A stretch of DNA of 24,000 nucleotides. Origin: Archaeoglobus sp. UBA234. Lineage in GTDB: Archaea; Halobacteriota; Archaeoglobi; Archaeoglobales; Archaeoglobaceae. Numbering within the stretch: the first letter of the stretch is position 1; each line of letters starts with the position of its first letter. Shown here piece after piece: positions 8,398 to 14,994 of this stretch. The stretch is from positions 109,257-133,256 of the forward strand of contig DACH01000016.1 of assembly GCA_002494625.1 (NCBI GenBank), in the 5' to 3' direction. The translations under genes and the position numbers were made by a program. The notes below the pieces were generated by a model that had not been told where the DNA came from, did not search any database, and worked only from the letters and a program-made list of their open reading frames with translations.

Positions 8398-8757
8398 ATG
8401 AAACCGAAGATTCTCTTGGTTGATGATGATGAGCTCCTCAGAGGTATTCTTGCGTCAATGCTCTCTGACTATCAGGTGATAGAAGCAGATAATGGCAGGA
8501 CGGCAGTGGAGCTTTTCAAAAAGCACAAACCTGATTTGATTCTAATGGATGTAATGATGCCGGTTATGGATGGAGTTGAGGCAACAAAACATATCCTCAA
8601 GGAAGATCCAAAAGCAAAGATTCTGGCAATAACAGCCTTTGCACCAATAAGAGGAAATGAAATGCTTGAAGCTGGAGCAATGGATATTATCACGAAACCA
8701 ATCACAAGGAAAAGGCTAAATGAAATAGTTAAAGAGTATCTTGCGATTAAAAGATAA
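8398..8757 (+). CDS. Stand-alone CheY-like response-regulator receiver, paralogue 2
   Basis: The 119-aa protein has LVDDDE, LILMDVMMPVMDG, AITAF and ITKPIT. It is closely related to 21161-21514, even at the DNA level (ATGCCGGTtATGGATGGAgTTgAGGCaACAAAA vs ATGCCGGTgATGGATGGAaTTcAGGCtACAAAA). Confidence 0.87.
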   Translation: MKPKILLVDDDELLRGILASMLSDYQVIEADNGRTAVELFKKHKPDLILMDVMMPVMDGVEATKHILKEDPKAKILAITAFAPIRGNEMLEAGAMDIITKPITRKRLNEIVKEYLAIKR

Positions 8758-8797
8758 TAAAAAAATTAAATCAAGCTAAAAATGTTAATAAATATTT

Positions 8798-10720
8798 TCA
8801 GGTTAAATCAAATTCAGTCACGACTTCCCAGGTGTTCTCATCGAAGACCACTATTTTTTCTCCGATTATATACATGAAATCATCTATGTAGAGTGCTCTC
8901 ACTGCAGGCATATCAACTGCCTTCTCGAGTTCTATTCCATTGGTGTAGGAGAATATGTATCCTCCACTCCCTCCAGGGAGGAAGAAAACTTCATGTTTTG
9001 AGTCCAGCAGGAAGGCATGATGGGTATTGAGAACATCACTCCAGTACTCCTTTAGAATGTATTTGTCAACCTCCTTAGGATCTGATGGGTCTGAGACATC
9101 AAACAGTGAAACCTTTACATTTGCACCCTCTTTCCCAATACCAAGAATTAAATCTTCTGAGATTGGATGGAGGTATGAGGAGAAGCCCGGTATTTTGAGT
9201 TCACCTTTGATTTCAGGGTTTTGAGGATTGGATAAATCAACGACAAAGAGGGGATCGGTCTGTTTGAAAGTTACTATGTATCCCTTGTCACCTATGAATC
9301 TGACTGCATAGATTCTTTCGTTCTCTCCGTAATCTTCTATTTTCCCAGCAATTTTTAACCTCTCATCAAGCACATATAGGTCGTTGGTATCTCTCACTGT
9401 GGTAGCAACCCTCAGGTAGCCATTATACTCATCCATCGAGAACTGGTTAAGCAGTCTACCAGGTATATCTCCAGCTGCAACTGGTTTTAAGTCGAGAGAA
9501 ACTTTGACTATCTGTGTTCTTTCGAACTCTCTTTTGTGCCTCTTCTCGTAGTCCATCATTCTGTTCCAGAATTCGTTTTCGAACTTCAGTCTTTCGTCCT
9601 TCTCGAGTGAGTTGATGTACTGCTCGATTATTACATTTATTTCCACAGACTTTGCCCTGTTGCTGATGTTGTAATCGAGAAGTTTTTCGACTCGCTCTAT
9701 GACATCCTCTGAAACAAGATCAGTGTTTTCTTTCAGAAAACCATACATGAGCTTAACCTGGTCGGGAGTTCTGTAGTATGTGATGTAGATTGCATTGGTT
9801 GACATGTAAACAACTGAATAGCCGGAAGAACCAATAAAAGAGGTCTTCTTTTCTATTTCTCCTGTTTCAGGGTTAATAACCATTACGTTGTAGGTTATAT
9901 CTGCCGTGACGGGCTCAGCGGGATGGTAAATGTCAGTACATTTTATCTCAACACTTTTTCCATTTACTGAGAGAGGTTTTATTGGGCATGGTTCGTAGTA
10001 ATCAATCCAGGTTCTTGTAATGAGGTATATTTTTCCATTGTAGAGCCTCGCAGACACAAAATTACTGTCTAAATCAATTTTCCATGACTTTTCTGGTTTT
10101 TCAGCGATTCTATAGGCTGTTATTCTGTCATAACCGAATATAACGAGTGTGTCTTTATAAAACAACAGGTTTCCGCTCTCATCAACCCCATAGAGTTCTT
10201 CCATCTCTTCTGGTGGAAAAGCTGAGATTATCTTTGTTCCCCTCTCTATTTCAGGAATGAATCTGATTGGATATATCCAGAAATTCGAGAGATAGAGTTT
10301 CTTCCCATCAGTCTTGACTATATCTGGTTCGTCTATTCCTGCAACCTGTACAGTGGTCGTTGAGACCCTTTCAGGAGTTGGAGCGTAAGAAGGTGTTGCC
10401 GCAGGTGTGGGCACAGGCGTTGGAGCAGGAACAGATGTAACAGATTTCTCAACAGCAATATCCAAGGTTATACCACCAGCAAATCTCGGAAAACCAATCC
10501 ATCCTCCATACATCTCTGAACTCTGGATATATTCTCTGAGTTCTTTCTCTGAGGAGAAATTAACAAAGCTCTCTGTAATTTTCTCGGTTTTATCTGGGGT
10601 AGGGGTTGGTTGAGGAGTTGGTGTCATACTATCAGGTTTATCTCCGTAATCTCCGATACAGCCGGCTAATATTACTGTGAGTGCTAATACCAGCATTATC
10701 AACTTTTTTTCAGAAATCAT
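8798..10720 (-). CDS. Secreted lipoprotein with C-terminal beta-propeller domain (COG4880 / Beta_propel-like)
   Basis: It has a signal peptide with lipobox (LVLALTVILAGC|IG). Two Pro/Thr-rich linkers are present (TPTPQPTPTPD and PAPTPVPTPAATPSYAPTP). The C-terminal region VVDLSNPQNPEIKGELKIPGFSSYLHPISEDLILGIG is typical of that family. The family call is from memory of the motif. Confidence 0.68.
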   Translation of the reverse strand: MISEKKLIMLVLALTVILAGCIGDYGDKPDSMTPTPQPTPTPDKTEKITESFVNFSSEKELREYIQSSEMYGGWIGFPRFAGGITLDIAVEKSVTSVPAPTPVPTPAATPSYAPTPERVSTTTVQVAGIDEPDIVKTDGKKLYLSNFWIYPIRFIPEIERGTKIISAFPPEEMEELYGVDESGNLLFYKDTLVIFGYDRITAYRIAEKPEKSWKIDLDSNFVSARLYNGKIYLITRTWIDYYEPCPIKPLSVNGKSVEIKCTDIYHPAEPVTADITYNVMVINPETGEIEKKTSFIGSSGYSVVYMSTNAIYITYYRTPDQVKLMYGFLKENTDLVSEDVIERVEKLLDYNISNRAKSVEINVIIEQYINSLEKDERLKFENEFWNRMMDYEKRHKREFERTQIVKVSLDLKPVAAGDIPGRLLNQFSMDEYNGYLRVATTVRDTNDLYVLDERLKIAGKIEDYGENERIYAVRFIGDKGYIVTFKQTDPLFVVDLSNPQNPEIKGELKIPGFSSYLHPISEDLILGIGKEGANVKVSLFDVSDPSDPKEVDKYILKEYWSDVLNTHHAFLLDSKHEVFFLPGGSGGYIFSYTNGIELEKAVDMPAVRALYIDDFMYIIGEKIVVFDENTWEVVTEFDLT

Positions 10721-10803
10721 AGCTTATATTCTGGGTTGAGTGGATATATAGGTTTTTAATTAGTTAGAAAATATATATAGTATCTTATAAACTAACTATA
10801 AAA

Positions 10804-10875
10804 CGGACCCGCCGGGAGTTGAACCCGGGTCTGAGGCTCCGAAGGCCTCCAGGATATCCGCTACCCTACGGGCCC
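10804..10875 (-). tRNA. tRNA-Arg (anticodon UCG), no encoded CCA
   Basis: This is a manual fold of the reverse complement GGGCCCG-TA-GGGT-AGCGGATA-TCCT-G-GAGGC-CTTCGGA-GCCTC-AGAC-CCGGG-TTCAACT-CCCGG-CGGGTCC-G. It gives a 7-bp acceptor stem, a D arm with A14/G18G19, a 5-bp anticodon stem, the loop C-U-UCG-G-A, and a T arm with GTTCAAC. The discriminator is G. Confidence 0.85.
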
Positions 10876-10908
10876 TGTTAGATATGAGGGTAGATCTCTT
10901 GGGTTGAA

Positions 10909-11622
10909 CTATATTTTTATAAGGGAGTCCATTTTTATACCTTTCTCTGTGATCTCGTAATTTTTTATGGTCTTGGGGACGAGAGCTTTTTTCAATTTTA
11001 GTATTTTAAACCTTCTCTGGATCTCGTTTTCGATCTCCTTTGTGGAGAGCTCAAAGACTCCTGTAGAGTGGTGTTTTATCTTGTTCTCTATGCTTTGCTC
11101 GTAGATTCCCTTTGTCATTAAGTTGAGAAAGACAGAATTTGTTTTCTTTGAGTATTTTGAAAGCTTTATCAGGAAATCTGAAACATCTTGAAGCTCGTAG
11201 TTTTCAATGAAATAGATAAGGTTGTTTATAATTATTCTGTCGAACATCTCGTTCTCGAGTATAATTTGTAAACTGCTGATTGGATCGTATATCACTCTCC
11301 TGATAAAACTCTTTAAATCTTCTTTGAATTCGATCCCCTCGCTTATTTGAGGGGAAAATAAACTCAGAATTGTAAGGTTATCAAACAGGTTTTTTGGATT
11401 TCTGAAATAAAGGTTGAAGTACTCTTTAGTCTCTTCGATTGTATCGTCAGTGGAGATGTAAAGAACATTCTCTCTGTTTTTTACACCTTCAAGTGCAAAA
11501 TGGAAAGTGAATATGTCCCCTCCACTTCCAGGCTCTTCAAATATCGTAATAATACTTCCACCCGGAATGCCACCATTCAAGTGGTCGTCAAGAGCATTTA
11601 TTCCTGTTCTATATATCCTCAT
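10909..11622 (-). CDS. KaiC/RadA-like RecA-superfamily protein with degenerate Walker A and B (predicted pseudo-ATPase)
   Basis: The N-terminus RTGINALDDHLNGGIPGGSIITIFEEPGSGGDIF matches the KaiC/ArlH pattern (TGI..LD..L.GGIP.GS...I.G.PG.GKT), but GKT is replaced by GGD (nt 11515-11532). The Walker B equivalent reads RIIINNL instead of hhhIDSL. The gene is divergent from arlB. Confidence 0.62.
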   Translation of the reverse strand: MRIYRTGINALDDHLNGGIPGGSIITIFEEPGSGGDIFTFHFALEGVKNRENVLYISTDDTIEETKEYFNLYFRNPKNLFDNLTILSLFSPQISEGIEFKEDLKSFIRRVIYDPISSLQIILENEMFDRIIINNLIYFIENYELQDVSDFLIKLSKYSKKTNSVFLNLMTKGIYEQSIENKIKHHSTGVFELSTKEIENEIQRRFKILKLKKALVPKTIKNYEITEKGIKMDSLIKI

Positions 11623-11758
11623 TTAAGTTTAATGAAATATTTGAGTATTTAACCTTACTGGATGGTGAATATTTGGAGTCATATGCTTTCAAAAATGAAA
11701 TTCTGTTGGAGAAATCACTTAATTGAAATTTTGGTAGTATAATTTTAACTTAGAAAAA

Positions 11759-11768
11759 GGTAATTACC
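11759..11768. promoter_or_regulatory. Perfect 10-bp palindrome GGTAATTACC upstream of the archaellin TATA box
   Basis: Seen directly. It lies 14 nt upstream of the TTTTATATA element and shares the GTAATTA/TAATTAC core with the inverted repeats at 21615 and 22073. Confidence 0.35.
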
Positions 11769-11782
11769 AAACATAAAAAAAA

Positions 11783-11791
11783 TTTTATATA
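11783..11791 (+). promoter_or_regulatory. Candidate TATA box (TTTTATATA, preceded by an A-run BRE-like element) for the archaellum operon
   Basis: The sequence is acataaaaaaaaTTTTATATActtataatg, about 84 nt upstream of the arlB ATG. It is the best TATA-like element in the 252-nt divergent intergenic region. Confidence 0.45.
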
Positions 11792-11874
11792 CTTATAATG
11801 TATCAAATTAACTGTTGACCATAGTGGTGGGAGTGAAGATATGAAAAATAGGTGTAAAGTCGCGAGGTGAAAGA

Positions 11875-12462
11875 ATGTGGAAAAAACTGAAAAGGGATGA
11901 AAGGGCATTCACGGGACTGGAAGCAGCAATCGTTCTGATAGCCTTCGTGGTTGTTGCAGCGGTTTTCAGTTACGTCATGTTAGGAGCAGGTTTCTTCACC
12001 ACACAGAAGAGCCAGGAAGTTGTGCATACTGGAGTTCAGCAGGCAAGCAGCAGTATTGAACTTTCTGGTGATATAATCGGTGAAGGTAACACAACAGCAA
12101 ATAGGTTAGAGAAAGTAAGAGTGTTCATTCAGCTAACAGCAGGTGGAAATCCTGTAGATATCAGTAAGACTCTGATTACAGTGACAACAGACGATGCTCA
12201 CCATTCATTCACACTGGGCAGTGTGGCAGATTCAAGTTACTTCAAAGTAGCGAATAAGTATGGTGGCGACTCAGACAATCTGCTGGAAAAATTCGAGAAA
12301 TTTGAGCTTGAAATAAATGTCACAAAGGAGGCTTTGGGTTCAAGTACAGATATTACAGCAAATGAGAAATTCCAGGTTGAAATCAAACCACCTCAGGGTG
12401 CCTCTGTTACAGTGGTTAGGACAGTACCTGCAAGTATCGACTCTGTAATGACCCTATACTGA
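11875..12462 (+). CDS. arlB: Archaellin (archaeal flagellin) with class III (type IV pilin-like) signal peptide
   Basis: MWKKLKRDERA|FTGLEAAIVLIAFVVVAAVFSYVMLGAGFFTTQKSQEVVHTGVQQASSSIELSG has a charged leader, a predicted peptidase site after Arg-Ala, Glu at +5, and the conserved archaellin hydrophobic N-domain. SD GAGGTGA lies upstream. It is the first gene of the arl cluster. Confidence 0.88.
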   Translation: MWKKLKRDERAFTGLEAAIVLIAFVVVAAVFSYVMLGAGFFTTQKSQEVVHTGVQQASSSIELSGDIIGEGNTTANRLEKVRVFIQLTAGGNPVDISKTLITVTTDDAHHSFTLGSVADSSYFKVANKYGGDSDNLLEKFEKFELEINVTKEALGSSTDITANEKFQVEIKPPQGASVTVVRTVPASIDSVMTLY

Positions 12463-12465
12463 AGA

Positions 12466-12495
12466 TTTTAAAAATTTTTTAATTTTATTTTTTTT
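12466..12495 (+). terminator. Oligo-T tracts (T6, T4, T8) directly after the archaellin gene; candidate partial terminator/attenuator
   Basis: The sequence ttttaaaaaTTTTTTaaTTTTaTTTTTTTT lies between the arlB stop (12462) and the SD GGAGG (12496-12500) of the next gene. Confidence 0.5.
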
Positions 12496-12507
12496 GGAGG
12501 TAAAAAT

Positions 12508-13251
12508 ATGGAGAACCTCGATCAGTCGATGATAGATGACATAATAGCAAGTGCTGATGAAGACTCACCAGAATCAAGAATAGATAGGCTTGAGGAGGAG
12601 ATCACCGAGATAAAAGGCTCCATAAAAAAACTGCTCCTCGATATTAGGGAGACTATAAACATTATTGAGAACCCCTTCCAGAGTATTCAGAGCATTGCAG
12701 AAAGTGTTGGCAGCGGTAAAGTTCAGGCTCTGCAGATAATTCCACCCGAATATTCTGAGCCAGAAAAAAATAATGAAGATATGGAAAAAGAAAGTGAACT
12801 CGATGAAGGGAAGGAAGAAAATATGCTGGAAGATAAACTTAATGTTCCAGAATTCACTCCGGAATTTAATAATCAGATGTGTCAGAGTAATTATGGTGTT
12901 AATAAGGCTGATAGATTCCAGGATCAGCCATTACAAGAACTGAAAAAGCTTGTAATTCCAATAAAACAGATTGACCCTTTGGCTTTATACAGTATCATAG
13001 AGTGGAGCAATGAAATGCTTGGTAGATACACCAAAGAAACCTTGGTTGAGCTTGTTGAAGTTTTTGAAATGGTTGGTTATATCTCCGGTGAGATTAAGGA
13101 AGTAGTTGTAAAGATAATTGAACTCCTGGATAGGGATAATAACCTTGATAATGCAATTGTAGATCTGTATAAGCTCTATAACATTTTAAATCCAGAGGAT
13201 GTATCCCTGGATTCTAAGGTTTTGAAACTTCTGCTTAATAATGGCAGATAG
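12508..13251 (+). CDS. arlCDE: Archaellum accessory protein of the ArlC/D/E (FlaC/D/E) type
   Basis: It has an N-terminal coiled coil (RIDRLEEEITEIKGSIKKLLLDIRETI), an acidic linker, and a C-terminal FlaD/E-like domain (LYSIIEWSNEMLGRYTKETLVELVEVFEMVGYISGEIKEVVVKIIELL). It lies right after arlB. Confidence 0.72.
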   Translation: MENLDQSMIDDIIASADEDSPESRIDRLEEEITEIKGSIKKLLLDIRETINIIENPFQSIQSIAESVGSGKVQALQIIPPEYSEPEKNNEDMEKESELDEGKEENMLEDKLNVPEFTPEFNNQMCQSNYGVNKADRFQDQPLQELKKLVIPIKQIDPLALYSIIEWSNEMLGRYTKETLVELVEVFEMVGYISGEIKEVVVKIIELLDRDNNLDNAIVDLYKLYNILNPEDVSLDSKVLKLLLNNGR

Positions 13252-13259
13252 GTGTCATT

Positions 13260-13736
13260 ATGGCGAGGGAGGTGATAACTACATCATTGCTCGTAATTGC
13301 AAGTGTTGTGGCGGTTGCAGCCTTGATTAATGCGGTATTTCCCTCTATCCATAAGATGACAAGCTCGTTTAACTCTTTAGCCAATAATATGGAAGAAAAA
13401 ATTGAGACCGATATGGATATAATATTCATAACCACAAACGGTAATTTCGTTTATTTCTGGGTAAAAAATACAGGCTCTTCCAAGGTTTCGCTGAGTTACT
13501 TCAACAATAGTGATGTCTTTATTTATTCGTCTTCAAACTACTGGCGTGCAGTTTTTGAAGGAACATCCAATCCAAGATGGAACTATACAGTTGAAAATGG
13601 GGATGGAGATGGATACTGGGACTCCGGAGAAACTATAAAGGTTACAGTTGAGTTTGATTCACTGCCAAGCGGTGAGTATAAGGTAACTCTCGTTTTGTAC
13701 AATGGCCTCTCTGTCTCGGATATTTTCTCGGTATAG
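13260..13736 (+). CDS. arlG: Archaellum protein ArlG (FlaG)-like
   Basis: The 158-aa protein has an N-terminal hydrophobic helix (MAREVITTSLLVIASVVAVAALINAVF) followed by a beta-rich soluble domain (FVYFWVKNTGSSKV). The G versus F assignment rests on N-terminus style (MA..E.I) and the G-F-H order known from Archaeoglobus and crenarchaea. Confidence 0.6.
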   Translation: MAREVITTSLLVIASVVAVAALINAVFPSIHKMTSSFNSLANNMEEKIETDMDIIFITTNGNFVYFWVKNTGSSKVSLSYFNNSDVFIYSSSNYWRAVFEGTSNPRWNYTVENGDGDGYWDSGETIKVTVEFDSLPSGEYKVTLVLYNGLSVSDIFSV

Positions 13737-13745
13737 GGTGATGGT

Positions 13746-14225
13746 ATGGGGATGGACACGGTGATAGTCTCAGTAGTTTCCATAGCTCTCATCCTTGTAG
13801 TTGCATACTCATTTGCAATGGAGACGAATAATCTGATAACATCAGCTCACAGTGGGTTCTCAAATCTCCAAAAATTAACTCTGAAGAAGATTAAAACCAA
13901 TATTGAGATTCAAAACATTTTGTGGAATGTAAGTGGTAATAACTACCTGAGGTTTAGTGTTGCAAATACAGGAGATACCAAACTGAGCAATTTTGAGCTG
14001 TGGGATGTGGTTGTTGTCAGAAACAACTCCACTCTGTACTTGAGTTATGGCTCAGACTGGATTGTTGATAGTATTTCCAACGATTCAATAAACCCGAATA
14101 TACTTGATCCCTTTGAAAGTGCACAGATTGAAGTTCGTATTCCTTTTGAAAGTGGTGAGAGTGTCATAATAAGGGTTTCCACTCCTAACGGGGTGGTTGC
14201 AACCCAGAGATACAATGTGGGGTGA
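13746..14225 (+). CDS. arlF: Archaellum protein ArlF (FlaF)-like
   Basis: The 159-aa protein has the N-terminal helix MGMDTVIVSVVSIALILVVAY and then a beta-sandwich-like domain (LRFSVANTGDTKLSNFELWDVVV). It directly precedes arlH, overlapping it by 4 nt if arlH starts at GTG 14222. Confidence 0.6.
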   Translation: MGMDTVIVSVVSIALILVVAYSFAMETNNLITSAHSGFSNLQKLTLKKIKTNIEIQNILWNVSGNNYLRFSVANTGDTKLSNFELWDVVVVRNNSTLYLSYGSDWIVDSISNDSINPNILDPFESAQIEVRIPFESGESVIIRVSTPNGVVATQRYNVG

Positions 14226-14230
14226 TATTA

Positions 14231-14956
14231 ATGATCGATAATATAGAGGAGGAAATTAAAAAATCGATACTTTCAAGTGGAAACAGCGAAATTGATAAAA
14301 AACTTGGAGAAGGAATTCCCTTAGGCTCACTGACTCTTATAGAAGGTGAGAATGACACTGGTAAAAGTGTACTCTGTCAGCAATTCATTTACGGAGGATT
14401 GAGGCAAGGACATAAGATTGCATATTATTCCACAGAGAACACAATCAAAAGTCTATTAATGCAGATGGAAAGTCTGAGCCTTGATGTTTCAGAGTTCTAT
14501 GCGTGGGGATATTTTCGAGTGTTTCCGGTGCATCTTGAGGGGGTTGACTGGACACCTAAGCAGATGAAAAGTATTCTCACGCTCGTTTCCGACCATATAA
14601 AGAGTATCAGAGAGAATGTGATAATGATTGATTCTCTGACAATGTTTACAACATATTCAGAGGAAGATGATATACTCGAATTTCTCACTAGGTTGAAGAA
14701 CCTGTGTGATAGGGGGAAGACCATTATGATAACACTGCATCAGCATGCGTTTAAAGAAGATACTCTTGTTAGGATAAGATCTGCCTGTGATTGTCATTTG
14801 TTTTTGAAAAAAGAACAGGTTGGAGACCGGTATGTGAGTGTGCTGGAGGTATCTAAAATAAGAGGAGCCAAGAAAACAACGGGGAATATAGTGAGCTTTG
14901 AAGTCCAGCCTGGTTTTGGGTTAAAGATAATCCCGATATCTCAGGCTCAGACCTAA
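14231..14956 (+). CDS. arlH: ArlH (FlaH), KaiC-like ATP-binding archaellum motor component
   Basis: It has EIDKKLGEGIPLGSLTLIEGENDTGKSVLCQQF (intact Walker A GENDTGKS), NVIMIDSLT (Walker B) and VLEVSKIRGA. The start is ATG 14231 (SD GGTGA 5 nt upstream) or GTG 14222. Confidence 0.88.
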   Translation: MIDNIEEEIKKSILSSGNSEIDKKLGEGIPLGSLTLIEGENDTGKSVLCQQFIYGGLRQGHKIAYYSTENTIKSLLMQMESLSLDVSEFYAWGYFRVFPVHLEGVDWTPKQMKSILTLVSDHIKSIRENVIMIDSLTMFTTYSEEDDILEFLTRLKNLCDRGKTIMITLHQHAFKEDTLVRIRSACDCHLFLKKEQVGDRYVSVLEVSKIRGAKKTTGNIVSFEVQPGFGLKIIPISQAQT

Positions 14957-14994
14957 AACTTTATATTATACATGATAATGACAATAACGATGAG

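Noticed and set aside
10721-10908. The tRNA gene as an integration site for a mobile element.
   Set aside because: I saw no integrase or transposase nearby and no direct repeat of the tRNA 3' half. The flanking genes look like ordinary chromosomal genes. The TAGTTAG..CTAACTA hairpin at about 10767-10797 lies in an AT-rich promoter/terminator spacer and is short.
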